Source: Candidatus Latescibacterota bacterium
GTDB lineage: Bacteria > Latescibacterota > UBA2968 > UBA8231
Length of the DNA stretch: 64,000 nucleotides
Direction of reading: 5' to 3'
NCBI GenBank assembly: GCA_965243025.1
Contig: CBDETY010000003.1
Span: 1,536,001 to 1,600,000, forward strand
This document shows, piece after piece, positions 54,377-63,081 of this stretch. The translations under genes and the position numbers were made by a program. The notes under the pieces were generated by a model. The model saw only the letters and a program-made list of their open reading frames with translations. It did no database searches and had not been told where the DNA came from. Every line of letters begins with the position of its first letter. Within the stretch, counting starts at the first letter, position 1.

Positions 54377-55723
54377 ATGACAGGGCCCCTTACCCTGAAC
54401 CGGCGCATCCTCAGACTGGCGATTCCCAACCTGCTCGCCTCGGTATCGGTGCCTCTGATAGGCATTGCGGATACGGCGATGATAGGGCACCTCGACCAGG
54501 TCGCCTTTCTCGGGGCGGTCGCAACGGCGAGCGTGATTCTCGATGTCATCTTCTGGGGCGCCGGTTTCCTGCGCATGGGGACGACCTCGATCGTCGCCCA
54601 GTACCACGGCGCCGGCGACAGGCGCGCCTGCGCCCGGAGTCTGTACCGCGGCCTGCTGCTGGCCCTGGTCATCGGTGCGGGCATCCTGCTGCTGCGGCAG
54701 CCGATCGCCTGGATCGGTTTCGAGCTCGCCGGGGGCAGCGAAGAGGTCCGGTACTGGGGACAGCGGTACATCGACGTGCGCATCTGGAGCGTGCCGTTGA
54801 ACCTTTCGGTTCTCGTCCTCATCGGGTTCTTCCTCGGCACCGCCAACGTCCTCGTTCCGATGTACATCACGTTCGCCACCAACCTGGTGAACGTGGCCGC
54901 CGACTACGCCCTGATCTTCGGCAACTGGGGTGCGCCGGAAATGGGTGTCGTCGGAGCCGCCTGGGCGGCCCTGCTGTCGAGCGCGGTCGGGCTGGCCGTC
55001 GGGCTCCTGGGCCTGGCGGCGAGATACCGCGATTACCTGCGGCAGCCGGCCGGGCAGCTGTTCGACCGCGGCGCAATGCGGCACCTGATGTCGACCAACA
55101 CCTACCTGCTGGCCCGTACTGTCTGCCTCCTGTTTTCCCAGTTCTTCCTGCTCGCCGTCGTGTCGCGCCTGGGGGAGGTTCCACTCGCGGCCCACGCCAT
55201 TGTCTGGCAGATCTGGGGACTGGTCAGTTTCGCGGTGGACGGCTTTGCCCACGCCGCCGAGACCCTGGTCGGCAACAGCCTCGGGGCAGGTGATTTCACC
55301 GGAACCCGCCGGTTCTGCAGGCGAATCATGGGGTGGGGAATCGGTACAGGATTCTGTTTTGCGGCGGCCTTCGGCATGGGCATGAACGAGCTGGCGTCCG
55401 CGTTTACCGAACACCGGGAAGTCGTCGCAGCCATCCTTCCGCTCACCCCCATGCTCGCCCTGGCGCAGCCCATGAACGCCGCGGTTTTCGTGTTCGACGG
55501 GATATTCATCGGGGCCAACGACGTCGCCTACCTGTCGGGGGCCATGCTTGTCACGGCGCTGCTCTTCTTTCTCCCGGCGATAGGGGTGCTCGTTTTCCTG
55601 CTCGACGGGGGGCTGCTGGAGGCCTGGCTGGCGTACATTGTCCTGATGTTCGGGAGACTGGTGACACTGTGGAAACGCTACCGCAGCGACGCCTGGCTGC
55701 GGACCTTCGTCAGCTCCCGGTGA
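54377..55723 (+). CDS. dinF: MATE efflux transporter, DinF subfamily
   Basis: VPLIGIADTAMIGHL, FLRMGTT, VDGFAHAAETLVG, FDGIFIG. Confidence 0.88.
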   Translation: MTGPLTLNRRILRLAIPNLLASVSVPLIGIADTAMIGHLDQVAFLGAVATASVILDVIFWGAGFLRMGTTSIVAQYHGAGDRRACARSLYRGLLLALVIGAGILLLRQPIAWIGFELAGGSEEVRYWGQRYIDVRIWSVPLNLSVLVLIGFFLGTANVLVPMYITFATNLVNVAADYALIFGNWGAPEMGVVGAAWAALLSSAVGLAVGLLGLAARYRDYLRQPAGQLFDRGAMRHLMSTNTYLLARTVCLLFSQFFLLAVVSRLGEVPLAAHAIVWQIWGLVSFAVDGFAHAAETLVGNSLGAGDFTGTRRFCRRIMGWGIGTGFCFAAAFGMGMNELASAFTEHREVVAAILPLTPMLALAQPMNAAVFVFDGIFIGANDVAYLSGAMLVTALLFFLPAIGVLVFLLDGGLLEAWLAYIVLMFGRLVTLWKRYRSDAWLRTFVSSR

Positions 55724-55758
55724 ATCCGCATCATCCTCCTGACCACGGACAAGGACAC

Positions 55759-56130
55759 ATGCCTTTCATCAATGAAGAGGAACTGCCCAAACTGGAGCTG
55801 TTTCCCAAGGCGTTCAGCGGCATCGTTGCCGGGGAACGGATCATGTTTTCGTTCCTCGATCTCCAGCCGGGCTGCGAGATACCCGAGCACAGTCATCCTC
55901 ACGAGCAGGCCGGCCTCGTCCTCCAGGGGAGCTTCCGCTTCCGCATCGGTTCCGAGGAGCGCCTGACCGGCCCCGGCGACGCCTTCATCGTCCCACCCGA
56001 GGTCGTGCATTCCGGAGAGGTCGTGGAAGGGCCGGTGAAGATCGTCGACATTTTCTCGCCCCCCAGGGAGGATTATCTCGAGAAGTACAATCGCTACAAG
56101 GAAACTTCCGCCGCGACCCGGTGGGAGTAG
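55759..56130 (+). CDS. Cupin domain protein
   Basis: AAGGA RBS; PEHSHPHEQ, VVHSG, DIFSPPREDY. Confidence 0.88.
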   Translation: MPFINEEELPKLELFPKAFSGIVAGERIMFSFLDLQPGCEIPEHSHPHEQAGLVLQGSFRFRIGSEERLTGPGDAFIVPPEVVHSGEVVEGPVKIVDIFSPPREDYLEKYNRYKETSAATRWE

Positions 56131-56140
56131 GGAGAACGGC

Positions 56141-57097
56141 ATGCCAGATACCGGAATCACAGCCGCGGATTGCGCCACTGTCCTGGTCGTCGCCATTACT
56201 CCGCGGCTGGAAGATGGGCGCGTCGACGTCGAAGGTGTGCGCCGCAACGCGGAGTTCCTGATCGCGAGCGGCGCTGATTTCCTGATGCCGATGTGCGGAA
56301 CCGGACTGGTGTACGACGCCAGCCTGGAGGAGTACGAAACCGCAGTCGGGGCGGTGGTCGACCAGGCCGGCAGCCGCGCCTTCGTCGTGCCCGGCATCGG
56401 TCCCGGGTACGGCCGCTCGCTGGAAATGGCCGCCGTCGCCCGCTCCGCGGGGGCGGCCGGGGTCATGATCATGCCGATCGTCGGTCCCGCTTCGGACAAC
56501 GGGGCGAAAGCGGGCCTTGAGGGGATTGCCCGGTCGGGTGGATTGCCGGTCATCCTGTACCAGAGACGGCTCGACATCATGCCCGTGGACCACGTCGTCG
56601 AGCTCTGCCGTCTGGACGAGGTTGCCGGGCTCAAGTACGCGGTCGACGATTTGTCCGCGTTTTCGAGGATAGTCGAGAGGGCGGGGCAGCACGCTGCCAT
56701 GATCTGCGGGATGGCTGAAGACCCCTGCATCGACTACCTCGAGGCCGGAGCGGCCGGGTTCAGCTCCGGGATGGCCAACTTCGTCCCCAGGATGAGCCTC
56801 GAGCTGTTGCGCTCGTTTCGCGAGGGGGATGCCGGGGCCGCGGCGCGCCTGCGCGAGGAAATGGTGCCGTTCGAGGATCTTCGCGGCGAGGACTCGGCAC
56901 GCTACAGCTCCTCCGCCCTTCACGCGGCGATGGAGTACGCCGGCCTGGCGGGGGGGCCGGTGGTCCCGTTTGCCGAGCCTGTCGCCGTTTCTGACCTGCC
57001 CCGACTGCACGACATGATGGACCGGCTGCTCGGCAGGGAGGCGGAGCTCCGCGAAATGGCGACCGCGGCGGTGGTGGCAGAAGAGGAAGCTCCATGA
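56141..57097 (+). CDS. DapA/class I aldolase family (5-dehydro-4-deoxyglucarate dehydratase-like)
   Basis: ITP, CGTG, VILYQR, GLKYAVDD Schiff-base Lys, FSSGMANF. Confidence 0.85.
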   Translation: MPDTGITAADCATVLVVAITPRLEDGRVDVEGVRRNAEFLIASGADFLMPMCGTGLVYDASLEEYETAVGAVVDQAGSRAFVVPGIGPGYGRSLEMAAVARSAGAAGVMIMPIVGPASDNGAKAGLEGIARSGGLPVILYQRRLDIMPVDHVVELCRLDEVAGLKYAVDDLSAFSRIVERAGQHAAMICGMAEDPCIDYLEAGAAGFSSGMANFVPRMSLELLRSFREGDAGAAARLREEMVPFEDLRGEDSARYSSSALHAAMEYAGLAGGPVVPFAEPVAVSDLPRLHDMMDRLLGREAELREMATAAVVAEEEAP

Positions 57098-58215
57098 CCG
57101 CAGCTGGCGCCAGGTTGCTGCGCGTCGGCCTGGTGGGGACGGGAGGGGTCTGCGAGCAGGTGCATTTTCCCGGGTTTTCCCGCATTCCCGGAGTGGAGGT
57201 GGCCGCCCTGGTCGAAGCTGATTCCGGCCTGCTCCAAAGCAGGTTGCGGGAATGGCAGGTTGCCGAAGGGTACTCCGATCTGTCCGAGGCGCTCCGGCAG
57301 GCGGAGCTCGACGCAGTCGCCATTGCGACCCCCAACCACCTGCACCGGGATCTCATCGAGGAAGCTCTGGAAGCGGGGTGCCATGTCCTGTGCGAAAAGC
57401 CTCTCGGCATGGACTACGAAGAGACCCGCGAAATCCACGAGGAGGCAGCCCGCTCCGGCCTGCGGCACATGACCGCCTTCAGCTACCGGTTCGTTCCGGG
57501 AATGACCTACCTCAAGCACCTCGTCGACGCGGGCGAGCTGGGCGAAATCAGGCACGCCCGTTTTCAACGCCTTCAGGACTGGGGAGAGCATGCCATCGGC
57601 TGGCGGCAGTACAAGGACCGGGCCGGATCGGGTGAGCTCGGCGACATGGGCATCCACCGCATCGATTTCGCCGAGCATCTGCTCGGTCCGATCCGCTCGG
57701 TCTGCGCGCACATGAAACAGCTTGCGCCGCGGGACCGAACCGAATCCGGGCAGGCTTGTCCACCTCAGGACGTCGAGGATTGGGTCGCCTGGATCGCCGA
57801 GTTCGAATCCGGGACCACGGCGGTGTTCGAGATGGGAAAACTGACCAAGGGACACGGGCCGCAGGGAGACCACGACCTGGCAGAGCTCAACGGCACCAGG
57901 GCGTCCGGGGCCTACCGCCTGCACACACCGCACGAGATCCAGCTCGGTGAACGCCGCTGCCCCTACAGGACCGTTCCGGTCCCCGAGCGATTCCTCAAGC
58001 GTCCCGGTTCTCCGCGCAATCCCCGCGACGGAGTCGCGACGACGGTATTCCGCTACGACCAGGCGTGGGAGTTCGTCTCCGCCATCAGGGAAGGCCGCGA
58101 GTGCGTTCCGTCCTTCTATCACGGGATGCGGGCTCAGCTCGTTGCCGACATGGTGGTGAAGGCGGCGGCGGAGCGGCGCTGGGTGGACGTTCCCGCAATC
58201 GAGTCGGCCGCCTAG
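57094..58215 (+). CDS. Gfo/Idh/MocA family oxidoreductase
   Basis: VGLVGTG, TPNHLH, CEKP, GDMGIHRID. Confidence 0.9.
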   Translation: MTAAGARLLRVGLVGTGGVCEQVHFPGFSRIPGVEVAALVEADSGLLQSRLREWQVAEGYSDLSEALRQAELDAVAIATPNHLHRDLIEEALEAGCHVLCEKPLGMDYEETREIHEEAARSGLRHMTAFSYRFVPGMTYLKHLVDAGELGEIRHARFQRLQDWGEHAIGWRQYKDRAGSGELGDMGIHRIDFAEHLLGPIRSVCAHMKQLAPRDRTESGQACPPQDVEDWVAWIAEFESGTTAVFEMGKLTKGHGPQGDHDLAELNGTRASGAYRLHTPHEIQLGERRCPYRTVPVPERFLKRPGSPRNPRDGVATTVFRYDQAWEFVSAIREGRECVPSFYHGMRAQLVADMVVKAAAERRWVDVPAIESAA

Positions 58216-58255
58216 GCAAGAGCGGAAGAAGTCGCCGAAACCGCACGGCGATATC

Positions 58256-58396
58256 TCGGGAGCAGTCCGCCTGCAGGGGGTGTTCCGGACTGCGTGGACC
58301 GCACCCCGGGACGGGACAGCCAGGAACACCCGGCAGCCAACCGTCACCGCCTGCAGGTGGATCCCGACCCGGGCGCGGGGAAGAGTATCTCTTCCC
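58256..58396. repeat. Intergenic inverted-repeat structure plus terminator-like hairpin between convergent genes
   Basis: 17-bp IR (15/17) at 58266-58282/58345-58361, each arm with CCTGCAGG; GGGAAGAG-TAT-CTCTTCCC hairpin at 58378-58396. Confidence 0.5.
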
Positions 58397-58469
58397 TTAC
58401 CCCTCCAGTTGGTTTCTGCTGGTCCAGCCAACCCGGCCCTGACCCGTCCCCGGCGTCGCTGTAAAAACT

Positions 58470-60686
58470 TCAGGTCAGCTGCCCACGCAGGGCGGCCACG
58501 ATGTCTCTCATCACCCGGGGGTCGGAAAGCACGGACCGGTGGCGCTGGGGCAACCACAGCTCCCAGCCACCGGAATAGGCCTTGTACCGGCTCCCTGCGA
58601 TCTTTGCCGAAGCGGGGGAAACCACCGGATCCCCATCGATCCGGAAGCAGGTGGCGCGATCGGCCATTGCGTGGAATCCGGGGTTTTCGAAGAAGCCGCT
58701 GCCGGGAGCGAGGTCGGCCAGGAGCCGTGGAAACCGGCAGCCCGGCCATTTCGATGCAACCGCCACCCACGTTCCCCGAAACGGAGTCGCCAGCGCAAAT
58801 ACCCGGTTCCGGCAGTTCTCGCGGGCGTGCTGAACCGCGACCAGGCCTCCGAGGCTGTGCCCGACGTAATCGGCTTCCGCACCGGGGGGAACCGGTACAT
58901 GCGCAAGGAGCTCTGCCAGCGGTCTGTCCTGGTTCAAATCCGAAAAAACAACCTGGGTCTCGGCGTTGGTGAAGCAGCGCCCCAGTGTATCGAGGAACGG
59001 TTTCCAGCTCTCGGCGCTGCTGTCATAACCGGGCAGGAGAACGAGGGGCCGGGAAAGGGGTCGGGGGTCGGCGGCGAACCGAGCCAGGTCCTTCCGGGCC
59101 CGGTCCCGGTCCGCCCCGTGTCTTCGACGGGCGATTGCGGCAGCAACGGCCAGTCCCAGCGCGCACAGGAGCAACAGGACGTTCCCGTGGCGTACGTAGA
59201 AGGTCGCCGGAGCCGGTGACGGAAGGGTGACGTCAATGGCCGTTGTTTGAAACAGTTCCGTAGCCGCCAGAATCCTTCCATCGGGGGCGACCGCCCCGGA
59301 GATCCCGGTGTTTGCAGCACGCACCAGAGGTAGCCCGCTCTCCACGGCGCGGACGGCAGCCATTGCCATGTGCTGGTACGGTGCGGAGGTGTAACCGAAC
59401 CATGCGTCGTTGGTGGTGTTGATCAGCAGGTTGGCCCCGTCAAGCGCAAGGGTTCGGGTAATCCCGGGGAAAATCGATTCGTAGCAGATGAATATGCCGA
59501 GGCGGAGATCCCCTTCCGGCAGTGCCAGTGCCCGATGCGAGTCCCCGTGTGTGAACCGCCCGCTTTCGGCGGTGAGCTGATCGAGGTAGGAGAACAGCTG
59601 CGGGAGGGGCAGGTACTCGCCGAATGGAACCAGGTGTACCTTGTCGGCGAAATCGATGAGCTCTCCCCTCCGATCCATCAGGAAGGCCCGGTTGTAGATC
59701 GGGTGGCCGGGATCTCCTCTTCGGCCTTCGAGGCTGCCTACCAGGATGGGAGTATCCAGTTGGCGCGCCAATCCCGAAACCCGCTCCCGGTACTCTTCGA
59801 AGAACGGGTCGGTCAGGTAGTAGGGGAGGGCGGTCTCGGGGAAAACGATCAGGTCGTAGCGTTCACCGGGGTTTTCCGCCAGGAAGTTCCGCGTCAGTTC
59901 GATGTAGTGGTCGGTGGTACGCCGCTGACGGTCCTCCTTCCACTTTGCGTCCTGGGGAATACTCCCCTGGATAACAGCCACCCGAGCGTGGGAGGCGGAT
60001 GGTTCGCCCGGGATCGTCGCCAACCGATGATTGCCATAAGCAACGAGGCCCACCATCCCTATCAGAACCGGACCGGCGCAGAACGACAGGCGTCGCGGTA
60101 CCAGGATCGCCTGGGTTACAGCGGAATTCACCAGGACCACGGCGAAACTCAGGCCGTAGATTCCGGCGACGGATGCGAACTGCAGCACGGGGAGGTTCCC
60201 ATGCTGGGAATACCCGATCTGCTGCCAGGGGAAACCGGTGAGGATCCAGGACTGGGCCCAATCGAGCAGAACCCATACCGACGCGGCCAGCCAGCTGAAG
60301 AAGGGACTTCCCGACGGCAGGGACCGGCATATGAGAAAGAAGAGGGCCGGATAAAGGGCCAGATAGAGAACGAGCGCGACGGTCGATGCCAACGCCTGGA
60401 TCTGGTTGAGTCCGCCGTAGTTTTCCAGCGTCTCCGCAATCCAGTAGATGCGGCCCGCACCTGCTGCGATCCCGCATACGAGGCCGGTCAGGAACATCCT
60501 GCCTGCCGCGAGTGGAATGCCCTGTCTCAAGCCGCACAGAAGTGCGGGCACGAGACAGACCCATGCGAGGAGACCGATGTCGATCGCTGGGATGCTCAGG
60601 GAGTAAAGCGTCCCTGAACACCCCCCTGCAACGAGAAGAATCAGGAGTCTCGGGACGCGTCGCTCCCCGAAGCCCTCCCTCCTCAC
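58470..60686 (-). CDS. lnt: Apolipoprotein N-acyltransferase with C-terminal alpha/beta-hydrolase (lipase-like) domain
   Basis: GTG overlaps upstream TGA; TGFPW, FPETA, DKVHLVPFGEY, ICYES, TNDAWFG, RAANTGIS; then VLLPGY, GHSLGG, ATPFRGT, DPVV, HRSV. Confidence 0.9.
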   Translation of the reverse strand: MRREGFGERRVPRLLILLVAGGCSGTLYSLSIPAIDIGLLAWVCLVPALLCGLRQGIPLAAGRMFLTGLVCGIAAGAGRIYWIAETLENYGGLNQIQALASTVALVLYLALYPALFFLICRSLPSGSPFFSWLAASVWVLLDWAQSWILTGFPWQQIGYSQHGNLPVLQFASVAGIYGLSFAVVLVNSAVTQAILVPRRLSFCAGPVLIGMVGLVAYGNHRLATIPGEPSASHARVAVIQGSIPQDAKWKEDRQRRTTDHYIELTRNFLAENPGERYDLIVFPETALPYYLTDPFFEEYRERVSGLARQLDTPILVGSLEGRRGDPGHPIYNRAFLMDRRGELIDFADKVHLVPFGEYLPLPQLFSYLDQLTAESGRFTHGDSHRALALPEGDLRLGIFICYESIFPGITRTLALDGANLLINTTNDAWFGYTSAPYQHMAMAAVRAVESGLPLVRAANTGISGAVAPDGRILAATELFQTTAIDVTLPSPAPATFYVRHGNVLLLLCALGLAVAAAIARRRHGADRDRARKDLARFAADPRPLSRPLVLLPGYDSSAESWKPFLDTLGRCFTNAETQVVFSDLNQDRPLAELLAHVPVPPGAEADYVGHSLGGLVAVQHARENCRNRVFALATPFRGTWVAVASKWPGCRFPRLLADLAPGSGFFENPGFHAMADRATCFRIDGDPVVSPASAKIAGSRYKAYSGGWELWLPQRHRSVLSDPRVMRDIVAALRGQLT

Positions 60687-61009
60687 GACTCGAGGTAGTC
60701 GGCGATTGGAGTACGGATTTTTTCCAGCGCGGAGCGCTCCAGAGCGGCAACGACTTTTCTGTCCATTTGCAGCTTGGAGGCGACCTGCCCAGGGGACTTC
60801 TTGTGCTGAAAGCGCAGCTCGACGACATGAAGCTCGTCTCGAGTGAGCTTGCCGAGTGCCTCCATTACCTGCTGTCGCAATTCCTGGCTTTCGACACGGT
60901 CGAGAGGGGTCTCGGGAAGAAATTGGGCCAGAAAACGTTCGTCCAGACCGACGCGTTTGGGCTTCCCCACACCGGCTGGATGGTCGCTGATGCGGCGGAA
61001 TGGACTCAT
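60683..61009 (-). CDS. Stand-alone sigma-70 region 4 HTH protein (108 aa)
   Basis: ALGKLTRDELHVVELRF...QVASKLQMDRKVVAALERSALEKIR; no region 2. Confidence 0.78.
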   Translation of the reverse strand: MSPFRRISDHPAGVGKPKRVGLDERFLAQFLPETPLDRVESQELRQQVMEALGKLTRDELHVVELRFQHKKSPGQVASKLQMDRKVVAALERSALEKIRTPIADYLES

Positions 61010-61078
61010 GTGCTACTGGAGGGGGAGAGCGAAAAGCTCTCTCGTGCAATCGGTTGGAGGGATGGCTTCAAATAGATA

Positions 61079-61107
61079 GGGAGTCGAAGGCAGAGCCGAC
61101 GACTCCC
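61079..61107 (-). terminator. Hairpin immediately 3' of tRNA-fMet
   Basis: GGGAGTCG/CGACTCCC 8-bp stem plus inner GGC/GCC, followed on the minus strand by TATCTATTT. Confidence 0.5.
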
Positions 61108-61113
61108 GAAAAA

Positions 61114-61190
<77 letters not shown>

Positions 61191-61254
61191 ACACACTTCC
61201 AAATATACTCGACGGAGAACCCGGATGCAACACGCCTCTGGCGGACACCCATTG

Positions 61255-62589
61255 CTACCTGTGGGCTGGAACCTCCTCCTGCCCGCCGACCTCACTGGCA
61301 ACTGGCACTCGTTTCATTTGCACTCGGGCAATTCGCTGTCCCTCGACCTTGAGGATCTCTATGTCCAGCCCGGGAATCTGCAGGATCTGTCCCTCATCCG
61401 GAACTTCCCCGAGGTGATCGTAAATGAACCCCCCGAGGGTGTCGAAACCGTCGCTGGGAAGATCGCTCTCGAGGATCTCGTTCAACTCGTCGATGTTGAT
61501 CCTCGGGTTGACGATGAGGATATCTCCCGAACGCCACTCGAACAGCGCTTCTTCCGCATCGTATTCGTCCTGGAGTTCACCCACGATTTCTTCGACGAGG
61601 TCTTCAGTGGTGACCAATCCGGCCGTGCCGCCATATTCGTCAACGACGATTGCCAGGCGGGTTCGCGCGACGCGCAGGTCGCGGAGCAGCTCGTCGATCT
61701 TCTTTGTTTCGGGGATGTAGTACGGCTCATGTGCGAAGGGCAACGGCTCAGACCCGCCCCCTTGTTCTTCCATCAGCTGGGCAACCGACATTTTCATGCC
61801 GATATCCCGGCGGTGAACGAGCATTCTCAGGAGGTCCTTTGCATAGACGATTCCCCGGATTTTGTCCAGCGACTCTTCGAATACCGGCACCCGCGAGTGG
61901 CCCTTCTCCTCGATCAAGCGAAGCAAATCCCCCAGCGATGAGGAGATCTCTATCGAGGTGACATCGACCCGGGGAACCATTACCTCCCGGACCACGCGAT
62001 CGTGGAAGCCGAAAACCCCCTGGATCATGTCGCGCTCGGTTTCCTCCAGTACGCCCGTTTCCTGTTCGGAGTCGACTATGTTTCTCAATTCCGCCTCGCG
62101 CGCTTCCTTGAATTCCTCCCCCGAAGCATCGCTGCGTGAAACCCTTTCTACGAGACGGGCCGGAACGCAGAGAAGCAGGTGAATGGGTGCGAAAAGCAAC
62201 GCCAGGCCAGGAATCCTCGCCTCCTCGCCATCCTCTTCGAAACGAACCCTCCGGGCCAAACCGGCGACCAACGCAAGAAATACCGATGCGACTCCCGCCG
62301 CCGGGACGGTAACGGGTTCAGGAAGTGAGAAGGACAACAGGAAGTGGGTGATTGACACTGAAAGAATGACGACGCCGAGGGTCTGGCCGATCCTTGCCAT
62401 GATGTGGAGCAGGTGCCTGGGCTCGTGGATGCGGAGCATGATGGCCGCCCGCCGTACGCCGCTCTCGAGCATGCGCTCGAGGGATGATCTGGAGAGGGAA
62501 GTGAAGGTCGCCTCGTAGGATGACAACGCGAAAAGGCCGATAAAGGCCAGCACGACCAGTACTGAAGCAGCTATTTGTGGGGGTTCCAA
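61255..62589 (-). CDS. HlyC/CorC (CNNM-CBS-CorC) hemolysin-family protein
   Basis: N-terminal TMs, VREVMVPR, GHSRVPV, IVVDEYGGTAGLVTTEDLVEEIVGELQDEYD, DTLGGF. Confidence 0.92.
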   Translation of the reverse strand: MEPPQIAASVLVVLAFIGLFALSSYEATFTSLSRSSLERMLESGVRRAAIMLRIHEPRHLLHIMARIGQTLGVVILSVSITHFLLSFSLPEPVTVPAAGVASVFLALVAGLARRVRFEEDGEEARIPGLALLFAPIHLLLCVPARLVERVSRSDASGEEFKEAREAELRNIVDSEQETGVLEETERDMIQGVFGFHDRVVREVMVPRVDVTSIEISSSLGDLLRLIEEKGHSRVPVFEESLDKIRGIVYAKDLLRMLVHRRDIGMKMSVAQLMEEQGGGSEPLPFAHEPYYIPETKKIDELLRDLRVARTRLAIVVDEYGGTAGLVTTEDLVEEIVGELQDEYDAEEALFEWRSGDILIVNPRINIDELNEILESDLPSDGFDTLGGFIYDHLGEVPDEGQILQIPGLDIEILKVEGQRIARVQMKRVPVASEVGGQEEVPAHR

Positions 62590-62598
62590 AAAGGCGGA

Positions 62599-63081
62599 CT
62601 ACTCCTTTCGCGCAACACTGCCGGCCAGGACAGTCTGGGGGGTTTGGCTTGTCAACACATCGGTCTCCGACTCCATGAAAACCAGCTTTTCCGGGGTATC
62701 GTGATCGAAACCGGCAATATGGAGGAGGGCGTGAACCATCAGGCGACCGATTTCCTCAAGCTCGCCAATTTTCATTTCCGCAGCCTGGGAGGACGCACGG
62801 TCTCTCGAAATGTAGATTTCACCGCGCACTCCTTCAATCGCAGCCAGGTTCTGGGGAGGGGTATCGCTTTCAGCGTAATTGAAAGACAACACGTCGGTTG
62901 TGCGGTCTATTCCCCGAAACGTCGAATTGAGCCGGCGAAGCTGACTGTCATCGGACAGTATCAGGTTGATGTCGCCATCGATTCGGTGGCGTTCCATCAC
63001 CCGCTCCGCCAGCTGTTCGAGGTAGGGACGAACCGAAGGAATGAATTCAGGTTCGTCGAATTGGCACAGGATTCTCAGCAT
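62599..63081 (-). CDS. ybeY: rRNA maturation endoribonuclease YbeY
   Basis: LNSTFRGIDRTTDVLSF, GEIYIS, HALLHIAGFDH. Confidence 0.93.
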   Translation of the reverse strand: MLRILCQFDEPEFIPSVRPYLEQLAERVMERHRIDGDINLILSDDSQLRRLNSTFRGIDRTTDVLSFNYAESDTPPQNLAAIEGVRGEIYISRDRASSQAAEMKIGELEEIGRLMVHALLHIAGFDHDTPEKLVFMESETDVLTSQTPQTVLAGSVARKE

